Positions 11,435 to 21,555 of a stretch of DNA of 64,000 nt are shown here, piece after piece. The notes under the pieces were generated by a model, which had not been told where the DNA came from, did no database searches, and saw nothing but the letters and a program-made list of their open reading frames with translations. Made by a program: the position numbers and the translations under genes. The stretch is taken from positions 27,714,001-27,778,000 of the forward strand of contig JANJGN010000024.1 of assembly GCA_026770705.1 (NCBI GenBank), given 5' to 3'. Source of the DNA: Isurus oxyrinchus. Its lineage: Eukaryota. The first letter of the stretch is position 1. Each line of letters begins with the position of its first letter.

Positions 11435-12356
11435 GGGTGTTAAATTTTCCCCATTACCTCCCTCAGTCTTTTCCTCTTCCTGTCTTTTCAACCCCAATCT
11501 TGGGATCATCAAACCACCACTTGGGCCAAACCTTCTGCTCTCTGGATTATTGGAGACCGGACATATGATTGAAGATGCACATCAGGACCCTGCAAAAGTC
11601 CTAACATGCTGACCTATGTGGGAACTGCCCGGGAAATGTAAACTTCTATTGGGCATTTCCCTTGCTTCCTGGAACCCACTGCAAATGTTTCCCACTCTGA
11701 GTTAGAGTCTAAGACTTCGGGCAGTCTGTAGCATTTACCTTAATAATTACCTAGGAAATGTTAAATAGATTAAAGCCTAGTCTAACTGCTGAGTAACTAC
11801 ATAGCTGACACCCCTAATCACCTCCCAGATCCTCGACTATCCCCTAGCCCAACTACACCCCATGACCTGACACAACTACCTAACCCACCTGACCCGACTA
11901 CCCCCCAAAACCTGATCCAGCTACCACCCCGAGCTGACCAGCCCCCAACCACCTGACTATCTCCCCCCGCCCTGTACCCTCCCAACCTAACCCAATTCGC
12001 CCCTGTCCTGATTGCTGCTCCCAAACACTCAACCACCCTTCCAGCCCAGTCTGACGCTCCCCCAACCACCCCCAGACTGACTACCTACCCACCCAACTAC
12101 ACCCCTATCCACTTAGCTACCTCACCCACCTGCACACGCACTCACCCATTCGTCCACTCACCCATAGGTTGGACTTTTAAACTTACCCTATGGTAGATAG
12201 CGCTGTAAAAAGCAGTGTGTCCTGCCTTCCCACAACTCCGCTCCGCTGTAACGGAGTTCCCCAAGGGATGCTGTGCTGTCAATTTCTCTAAAAGCTGGGA
12301 TCGGAAGAGCCCGAAAGAAATGTGCAGTAACATCGAGTTGGGAAAATTTACGAGCA
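11435..12356. mobile_element. Non-autonomous DNA transposon with a C-rich core (related to 44003-44702)
   Basis: Perfect 11-bp inverted repeat TAAATTTTCCC (11441) / GGGAAAATTTA (12340); 11620-11810 aligns in reverse to 44450-44625. Confidence 0.6.
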
Positions 12357-12398
12357 CAGTGGCAATCCCGGCTAATCCTACCTACACTTTATAATTCC

Positions 12399-13278
12399 TG
12401 GTGAAGGCCTGCACAATAGGTTTAGATGTTAATGTTAAGTTAATTGCATTGCTACGGTTAAGAATAATCAGGTGCAGGATACTGATTGATTAAAGTTTCC
12501 TGAGCAGATATAAAGAGGGACAGAGATCGATCATTTATTTTATTTTATTGATCATTTGTTTTATTTAAAAGAGAATATAAAGAAGGACAGTGCCCCTTTA
12601 AAGGGGCTATTACTTTAATTTGTTAATTTGCCGATTTTTTATTGTTGTACTAAAAGAATGTAAAGAGGGATGGCTGTCTTTTGAGGAGTCTGTGTTCCAC
12701 ATATATAAAGGTTACCGAGGTTGTGGCCCCTTTTTGATTATTTGGGGGGTGGGGGTTTTGGTTGCACTTTAGCACCATGCACCCAGTGCAGAGCGAGGCG
12801 GATAGGATGGGGGATCATTTGTTAGCCTGCTGTTGGGCCTAGCTAAGGTGGCTGTTAGCATGTCCAGATAGCAGGCATTTGTTTGGCCTAACTGTCTACC
12901 CCTTGACCGCAGCTACATTCATTTCTGGGTGTCCCTGGAGAAAGGGCATGCGGTGTCCGCAAGTACGCTTAAGTCCTCCTGCAACCAGTGAACACCATAG
13001 GGGCTGCAGTGCATCATCTCTGGGAACATTAAAGGAAACTTAGCAAATTAAATTAAAATAAATTTTTGCATTTTGGTTACAGTGCCCTTTAAGGGGCTGT
13101 TAACTAGTTTATTAGTTAATTTGTTAATTAGATTTTTTTTTGGTTTATTTGAGAGAGTATAAAGAGAGACGGCTGGGATACTGGGTGAGTAGGTAGGGGG
13201 CAGGCATATAAAATGCTGCATTCTGTAAATTAATAAACTATTAAGAAAATTATTTGCATCTACTTTCATATTTCACCA
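12399..13278 (+). mobile_element. Small solo-LTR-like host interrupted by Tx1-like insertions
   Basis: Termini TGGTGAA / TTCACCA, TATA-like GATATAAAGAG at 12507, AATAAA at 13232; no clean TSD. Confidence 0.5.
12677..13155 (+). mobile_element. Tx1-like (L1 clade) LINE ORF2 C-terminus and 3' UTR
   Basis: Decayed peptides EESVFHIY.. (zinc-knuckle end) and LLLGLAKVAVSMSR..CLPL..YI..VSLEKGHAVS..; flanked by a 20-bp direct repeat matching at 16/20 (12657-12676, 13156-13175). Confidence 0.7.
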
Positions 13279-13520
13279 TCTGGCTTGGGATCCATTTATC
13301 ATTTGGTATTTCCCCAGGTTTCTGAAAATCAAAAGAAAACCTGGAGAAACTCAGATCAACTTTGGGCAGAGATTAACTCAATGGCTGACCACCTCTTAGA
13401 ATATGTGGTGATCATTTAAAATTCAAAAGCTGATGTCCACTGCTTATTCAAGCCAACCTCATTTCTACATAGCTTCATAATTATCAAGGACTACAAGCCC
13501 TGTTTACAGGTAGTATTAAA

Positions 13521-13879
13521 CAAGAAGAACTTGCATTTATATAGCACCTTGTATAACTAGACATCCCAAAGGACTTTACAGCCAGTGAAGTACTTTTGAA
13601 GTGCAGTCATTGTTGTGAAGTAGAAAACGTGACAGTTAATTCATACACAACAAACAGCAAACAGAATAATGGTATCTGTTTGAGGTAAAAACATTGGCCA
13701 AATGACAAAGCTTAACACTCTAACCCCATTCCCAATCCCATTGGTCTTCTGCAAAATAATGATATGGGATATTTTATGTCCATCTGAAAGAGCCTCAGTC
13801 ATCCAAAAGACGATACGTTTGACAGTGCAACACTGCCTCAGTATTGCAGAGGATTGTGAGCCTTGATTTTTGTACTCAT
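13521..13879 (-). mobile_element. Deu-domain SINE
   Basis: Reverse complement has the tail CTTCAAAAGTACTTCACTGGCTGTAAAG..GCTATATAAATGCAAGT and the Deu core; homologous to 24095-24497. Confidence 0.7.
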
Positions 13880-15491
13880 ATAACTAACTTCATGACTAAC
13901 TTGCGTATATAACTAAATTTAGTTCAGTTAGATAAAGTGGACACATATTCTGCTACTTGCGAACCTTCTCGTTTTCTGACCCACAGAATTTCTTCCCCTT
14001 ATTTTCCATGCTATATTCCTAAGTCTTTACTGATCCTCATTGTCCTGTCAAGAAGCAGGTGCGAGACTGGGGTTCAATGCTGAGCTACCCTTTCATGCAA
14101 TAAATCTCTTCTGGGATTGATCCTACAGTTGTCTTGGTATCAATGACAAATTAAACACGAAACTCAGCAAATATGGTTTTAGAAAATAGGCACCTCTCAC
14201 TGGACTGTTCAAGGCCTTAGCAGAGGGGTGGGGGATGGAACGGGGGAAATGAATATTGAAGATCTATTGCCGAGCAACCATTATAACTGCTAGTCTCATT
14301 GCCATTATAGTTCACGTGCATGAAAATTAAGCTTGACAATTCCAATCCATGCAATATGTGCAAGCAATATTCCTCAATTCATTTTTGAAGAATATAAGAG
14401 AACAAAACTAAAAAAAAAATGCACTTTTGACAAACCCAGGTTACTTCTTTGGATGGTCACGATATGATAAAAACTATCAAGGACTCTCCTCAGCTTCCTT
14501 CATAAGCTGAGAGGGCACAAGATATACACGAAGATCCTCAAAGAGCAGACAAAAAGCGTAATCTCTCCTTGGTTTGTAAAAGCAACCAGGCAAAAACTCT
14601 GGGATATCAAACCTTACAATATACATTAATCAATCCTGACTGGTTGACACTCTCTAAATCCCTATGGGTTTGCAGCAACAGTGTTGATGAAGTGGGATCA
14701 TTTCTGACTATGCTCACCCCCCTCAATCGTCAAATCCCAGCCAGAATCAGATATCTATTCAACTCATTTTTATAAGGGATGCAAGTGTCATAATATAAAT
14801 TATGTTTGATTGAAGTTGATTCCACCCAAGGTTCTATTAGAAAACAATTAAGAGAGCATCGCACCTCTGGCTGTGACTTGCAGTCATTTATTCACTCATG
14901 TGAAATAATATAATCATTCACTTACATCTACAATCCCCACTAGGGACTGAACTGGCACGTTTATACAAGAATGAGCTGAGTTAGCTGCCTGTAGTTTGGT
15001 TTCAGCACTGGCAGAAATTAGTGCTTTGCAAGCAGATGCTGGAAGTTGCTATAGGATTTACAACAGTTGGTGGAAATCGCTGCTGGACAGTTAATGCAAC
15101 AAGAACAGTGAGAGATGGAAGGCAATACTCAAGAAAACAGAAAGAGTAGCCAGTGGATTGTTATCTAAAACACCTGCATTATTGAAATGTAGGCTTTGCA
15201 AACTTGTTCAGTTGCATTTGAGCTTTGCTGCAGTTATTTTCCCCGAACTGGTCAATTAGCAGGCAGAAAGCAAGCTCACTGTCCAATTAAGATTGGTGGG
15301 CCGGCTCAGGAAGCTGGAGAGCCAATGGGACACCTTCCAGCAGAGAAACAGCAGCAGGCTGCCTTTTCAAGTAAGATGGAGAGAGAGAGGGTGCCTGTGG
15401 CTGTGGTGTTACAACCACAGCTGATGTTATTGCTGAGCAAGCCAGATCCCAGAGTAAAGTCTGTCTCACTGATCATAAATGTTTTTTTTTA

Positions 15492-16403
15492 ATTATGAAA
15501 ACGGGGAAGAAGAGCTACTGACCTCTAAAGAATAGAATTCCAGTAACACATTTAGGATTCCAAAATTTAAAAGATTTATTAAAAAGGAAAAAAAAACAAA
15601 CACACAAGATAAAAGTTACACAGTTAAAATAGTCTTCCAGAACAACCCCCAGCAAACATGCTTGGCCAAAAGTGCACCTGTTTGGCAACAACACTTTATA
15701 GATTTTTTTTAACCATAAAAATCCAGTGAATATCACCCGAGTCAAGGAATTGTTGTCACTTTAATAAAGGTACACCTCACGACTTCTCAGACACTTCTAC
15801 TCTGATGTGGAATTCCACAAGGAGGTTCAGAAACATCTGTTTTCTAAGACAAAGACTTCCCTGGCTTAGCACTGAGTTGCTTTCTTGAATTTAAATCTTT
15901 CACAGCTTTTTAGCTCCAACACAAAGAAGCTATCTTTAGTGGACATCCCTTCACAGCAACTCTGGACAGTTAAACAACCCTCTCCTTAAATATCTTTTTC
16001 CCCTTTCATCTCAGCTTCCATTGTCCTCAGCCATCTCTTAGAAACGCAATTTTCCAAATATAAAAATCTTTCATGTTTTCTATTTTACCTCTATTGGGTC
16101 ATAAAATTTAATATACCTTCCCCTGTTTACTCATGGAACCCAGTAAGATGCAAATGTTCCCCGTCACCTCTGAACTCCCTTCTGAAACTCAACAGCTGAG
16201 AACCAGTTTTCCAAATTATCTCAAAACACAAATTTCAGATCCAACCTAGTTACTTGTAACTCAAACCCAGTCTAACCGCGCATTCCAAATGACAAGCCCA
16301 ATCACTTTAACCTTTCGTCTCCAAGACCTCACAGACACTTTCCCCATTTAACTAACCAAAAAACATAATCACAAAAATATTTTAAAAACACATCTCTCAT
16401 CAC
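15492..16403 (-). mobile_element. Putative solo LTR
   Basis: Right end CATCACA (TG start on the minus strand), minus-strand AATAAA at ~15575, LTR-like composition; left terminus eroded. Confidence 0.4.
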
Positions 16404-16659
16404 AGTAACCATGGCCAGGCAGGTGGGGAGGGATTGAAGGCCTGTCTGGAGTGCTGCCAACATCTCGCAACCACCGCCCCCCACCCCCACCCCTCCCCCA
16501 TCCCAGCCCCCTTCTCCAGGCAGCTGACCTAACCCAAATCTCTGTGCATATGGGCTCTAACAATAGGTCATGAATACCCTTTAATTGACATTGCCTGATG
16601 GTAGGATAGTGCCAGTAAACCACACACCTCTGTGCTCACCTCCAGTGGGGGTTAAACAT

Positions 16660-17030
16660 CCTGGCACAGAAAGAGGCTATCAGTCCATACCAGCTGTTTG
16701 CAGAGCAATCCAGTCAGACCCATTCCCCCACTCTACACCCATAGACCTGCAAGTTTATTTCACCCGAGTGCCCATCTAATTTACTTTTGAAATTTTGATT
16801 GCCTCCACTTCCACTATCCATGAAATTCCAGGTCCTTATTACTTGCTGTACAAGAAAGTTCTGCTTCACATTCCCTCCTGCATCGCTTGCACAAAACCTT
16901 AAACCTGTGTCCCCGAGTTCTTATACCATCAGCTCATGGGAACAGATTTTTTTCTCTCCTTTGTCTAAACCTGTCACAAGATCGTACACAACTGTCAAAG
17001 CTCTCCTCAATTTCCACTGCCCCAAGGAGG
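16660..17030 (-). mobile_element. Old CR1 3' end
   Basis: Similar to the CR1 3' ends at 25852-26195 and 31005-31400. Confidence 0.6.
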
Positions 17031-17297
17031 CAATATGAAAATGTTTAATTTCATGACTCATTTGTTGCAGAAATATAACCTATAGTTTTGTGGAAATTAA
17101 ATTAGTATTGACACATTAAAGGTCCTTCCTTTTGTAATTACAAGGTTAGAATTAGCTTGGTGAGGGCCATAAAATGGCAGGTGGGCCTATTTGGCTGGGG
17201 AACTGAAGACAGTATGTCTGAGGAGAATTGCCTTGTCTTTGTTATTGACTTGATTTATTCATGCAATTTCTTAGATCCAAGAAAGGTTAAAAAGCAA

Positions 17298-17408
17298 AAT
17301 AAAAACAGAAAATGCTGGTAACATGCAGCAGGTTTGGCAGCATCTGTGGAGAGAGAAGCAGAGTTAAAGCTTTGAGTCTCTATGACTCTTCTTCAGAGCT
17401 AAAGAGTT
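17298..17408 (-). mobile_element. 111-bp Penelope-like tail with a degenerate hammerhead
   Basis: Reverse complement CTGAAGA-A-GAGTC-ATAGA-GACTC..GATGCTGCCAAACCTGCTG; 17-bp TSD GAAAGGTTRAAAAGCAA (17281-17297, 17409-17425). Confidence 0.8.
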
Positions 17409-17425
17409 GAAAGGTTGAAAAGCAA

Positions 17426-18138
17426 CTAGTAAACAGGAGCAGGTCTTAAAATACTCATATACTGTTCAGATCAAAGAGACATTTTGGAAAGTAAAGTTAA
17501 TTGGTTTAAATATCTACCCAGCATATCCTAGGTATATGCCTTGTTGCTATGGGGATAGATTTCAGGGAGGCAGTGTTTTTTTTTAGGTGTATCTGTGTGT
17601 TTTCTCACAGATTCAGACAGAGGAAGAAATCTGCCAGCAGTGGCTGCGTGGAAGTAGCCGAGATCCATAGCAAAGGGCTACCATAAATGAGGGTGTTTTT
17701 GGAGTCTGGAGTCATTGAGCAAGAATACAGCGAAGCCCATGTTTGAGCCGGGATGTCCACAATCGTGAGGTTCTTAAACAGAATTGGAGGTTCGCCTGGC
17801 CAAATGCAGTGGAAGGTCCCTAAGGAATCTCATACCTTGGAGAATAGCAGGAACACTGAGGAGAATCAAAGTGAATTCCCAATAGCTGTGGCACATCTTG
17901 GTTTGGTCTCAAAGAGAGGAACTCTTGGATGGTATTTAAAACAGAAGAGGAAGCAGTCTGTTGTTGAGATTTTTGGGTTTAAAATCTAAATGTTTATGAA
18001 TTTTTAGTACTTGCTTGTTTAGTTCTTGTATAGTAAATGTTTTGCTGAAAACAAAATCTTGTGGCATAATTCTTTCAGGTAATAGCAGAGAGTTTGATTT
18101 TTTTTTAAAAAGTTAATGATCTCCCTCAAAGCCATAAC
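17426..18138 (+). mobile_element. Decayed solo LTR (3' part), related to 56790-57586
   Basis: Ends ATAACA; AAATCTTGTG..AATTCTTT..AAAGTTA block shared with 57505-57565. Confidence 0.4.
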
Positions 18139-19902
18139 AAAATATAAAGGTACAACATTTTATTTTCTGCCCTTTGTCACATGCACATTGTTGACTGCAC
18201 CAGCCTCATTCCACAGGCAACATTCATATTCAGCTTCAGTATCTAGGACCTGACTGTTCAATCTAGTTTCCATAGCCAAAAGCAACTCAAAGATGCAATC
18301 ATTGCTGTACAGCTAGAAAAGGCAGATTTAACAGCTGGTCACAGATATCAGGCTTCCAGAAATTGAATTGAAATAAAAATCAAAAAAAATTCAGCATTAA
18401 TACACTATAATAACAATTACCAGATGGTTGGTTGTTGATTATTCTCAGGCTAATTAAAGCCAGGATCAATCTTAAAATCTGAATTGAAATACAAATATTC
18501 AGGATGTAGTGATGAGTGACATTCAGGATTATTCTGTTGTTAAGTGGGAAGCAGACTTTATTTTTGTCCATGAAATGATCACACCCAGTAAAATATGTGA
18601 CACTTAAAAGTTTCAAAACTGTTACTGCAGAATAGCGAGAAGAAAGGCACTCTCCAGAAATTAGAGAGGTAGAAATTGGTGAATGTTGCACCTGTTTTTA
18701 GGGCAAAAAAATAGGCATAAAGTATAACATTTAGCAATGTTAAGAGACCTGTTTTCAAAATTTGCAGTGATACTCAGGTAAGGGAATCCTTAGCTTTCTA
18801 CAAATTTTGAAATTATGGATTGAAGGCAGCAAGATATTGCGAAGTGTTGCTGAGGGACTAGTTAGTGAATGAATGCAGCTAAACTTAACTTAGCTTAACT
18901 CAGCTTCTTCTTTAATCTTTGCTTTCCCTTATGTATTCATATAGTTTATTACAGAAAAGACCGGGCGCATTAGAGAGTTCGATAGATGGGTCCAATTTGG
19001 AGTATATATATGGAAGCTTGGCGATGAGCCTTAGCTATAGGCATGAACTTGGGAAAAAGAAATGGGTGAAAGTTTTGCAAACAGTAGAGTAGCAAACAGA
19101 CGGTACTCGCTGTTCACTGTACTTACACTTGCAATGCAACTTGTGGCAATTAGGGGATCTTGGATCTGTGTCGAAGAATCCTTACTGAGAAACGTAGGCT
19201 CCAAAATTCAACTCCATAGTGCCAGTATTTTGGAACTGCAGGTGCCGGTTCACATCCAAAATTCCTTCCATTCTGCACACAAACCTATGGTGCGGACTGT
19301 GCCAAGTGCTACTTTGGGTACATCAGTAGTGCCAGTGCTAGGAGTATGCAGCGGATGTATGCAGGATAGACAGATCATGACATCAGTTGGTGTGTAATGT
19401 TGATTTGACTCTAGCGGAGCCACTTTCAACCTCAATACTCCAGTTAATACCTTCTCTGAAATTCTCACAGTTGAACACAAACATGCATTCAGTGTCAGGA
19501 ATGATCCCCACCCCTGCAGTGCTAAATGAATCATCGGCCACTATCAGGTTCATTGCTGATTGATTGCTACCGGCTACTGCTGAATCAGTAGAAGTGTTTA
19601 GTTGTTTGAACTGCAATTTATATCCGGAGAAGCCCAAAGGGAGTGATCTGTCATGTGGTGAAGGTCTTGGTTCCGACTTCAATGGTTCTGCTCAGTCTAC
19701 TGACTCCCAGTTACGGGTGCAGGATGCTATGTCCACCCAGAGTCTAGAGGGAGCAATTTTCTACTTGAACCACGGCTCTGTTTCACTAAGGACATGCTCA
19801 CTAAAATTTGCAACCAACTGCAGGCAGGCTGGATGACTCAGTCCTGGTGGGCAAGGACTGTTAATTGAATACTAATTGACCAGAAACTGAACTAGAAGAG
19901 AT

Positions 19903-20533
19903 CATATAAATACTGTGGCTACAACAGCAGGTCAGAGGCTAAGATTCCTGCGGTGAGTAACTAACCTCTGACTCCCCAAAGCCTGTCCACCATCTACAAG
20001 GCACATGTCAAGAGTGTGATGGAATAATCCCCACCTGCCTGGATGAATGCAGCTCCCACAACACTCAAGAAGCTCAACACCATCCAGGACAAAGCAGCCC
20101 GCTTGATTGGCACCACATCCACAAACATTCACTCCCTCCACCACTGACGTACATCAGGAGCAGTGTGTAGCATTGACAGGATACACTGCAAGAATTCACC
20201 AAGGCTCCTTAGACAGCACCTTCCAAACCCACAACCAATACCACCTGGAAGGACAAGGCTTGCAGATATATGGGAACACTGCCACCTGGAAGTTCCCCAC
20301 CAAGTCACTTGCTATCCTGACTTGGAAATATATCACCATTCCTTCACTATCGCTGGGTCAAAAATCCTGTAGCTCCCTCCCTAACAGTACTGTGGGTGTA
20401 CCTACACCACATGGACTGCAGCGGTTCAAGAAGGCAGCTCACCACCACCTTCTGAAGGGCAACTAGGGATGGGCATAAATGCTGGCCCAGCCAGCGAAGC
20501 CCATATCCCATGAATGCATTTTTAAAAAACTAA
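19903..20533 (+). mobile_element. CR1/L2-group LINE (family X) 3' fragment
   Basis: Encodes decayed QSLSTIYKAHVKSVME..WMNAAPTTLKKLNTIQDKAARLIG; A-rich tail. Confidence 0.85.
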
Positions 20534-20659
20534 AGCGAAGCCCACATCCCATGAATGCATTTTTAAAAAACTAATTATATTTAATTGTAGGGAGGTGATG
20601 GGCATTAATTGTGGATTCACACGTGCCTCTATAAATAGATACAGACTGAAACAGTGGAT

Positions 20660-20797
20660 AAAACAAAAAAACTGCGGATGCTGGAAATCCAAAACAAAAA
20701 CAGAATTACCTGGAAAAACTCAGCAGGTCTGGCAGCATCGGCGGAGAAGAAAAGAGTTGACGTTTCGAGTCCTCATGACCCTTCGACAGAACTTGAT
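20660..20797 (-). mobile_element. Penelope-like pseudo-LTR tail with hammerhead, same subfamily as 54743-56566
   Basis: Near-identical to the reverse complement of 56462-56566, plus a 3' extension also seen at 30815-30845. Confidence 0.9.
20755..20793 (-). ncRNA. Minimal type I hammerhead ribozyme motif (CUGUCGA variant)
   Basis: AGTT-CTGTCGA-A-GGGTC-ATGAG-GACTC-GAAAC-GTC-AACT on the minus strand. Confidence 0.65.
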
Positions 20798-20902
20798 GTT
20801 AGATTAGAAGGTGCATGCTTGTAATTTGTAACTCAGTATAAATGAAACATGCAAAGATTGGCTCCAGTTCTATCCTACACTAATTGGCTTTCTGGAACTT
20901 AA

Positions 20903-21555
20903 CAAGGACAGCATTGCCAGTAGTCACAGACTTCTTCACTTTCCACTCCTTCCAGACTGGAGCAGGGGACATCTCTAGCAGCTTGCAGTCTGCTGTCCAC
21001 TGCTATGTAGGGAGGTGACTGACCCATTGTGTGCAAAGAGAGGGGAAAACAGTGCCTTCTCTCTTTGCAGATTGAAGCAGGTGTAGCATGCACTTGGCTT
21101 TGGAATGGGATGCTACTGGGTGCACACATGTTCCTTTAAAGGTGATGCGCTGTTTCAAAATTAAGAGATGTACTGCAACTGCAAAGACTGCAACTGGTTT
21201 GTGACCATACCCAACATATCATTTAGGCTAATGCCTGCTATCCTGGCAGCATTATCATGTCTTTATTATGTGCCAGTCTTCTGTACTATCAACATTTAAG
21301 CCACCACAAGAGACCAGGTGATTACTGGACATACGGCTGTCTGCTGACCACCTGGCCCATATCTCTGGTGCGCAACCCACACATATGGGCAACTGAATAT
21401 AATGAGAACCATTTTACCATCAAGCAAACCACTGGGGTGCTCAAGCAATGCTTCTGCTGCCTAGTCTGCTCTGGAAGAACCCTGCAATATTCTCCAAACC
21501 AAATGTCACAATTCATCATGCTGTGCTGCATCCTGCACAACCTCACTATCATGAC
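20903..21555 (+). pseudogene. Harbinger transposase remnant (HARBI1-like)
   Basis: N-terminal part RTALPV..FFTFHSFQTGAGDIS..QSAVHCYV; C-terminal part GD..YGCLLTTW..VRNP..YNENH..IKQTTGVLKQCFCCL..SGRTLQYSP..LCCILHNL. Confidence 0.8.

Noticed and set aside
12507-13175. CRISPR-like repeat-spacer appearance
   Set aside because: The context is vertebrate, the repeats are degenerate, and the spacers are unequal and mutually homologous; serial target-site duplications explain it better.
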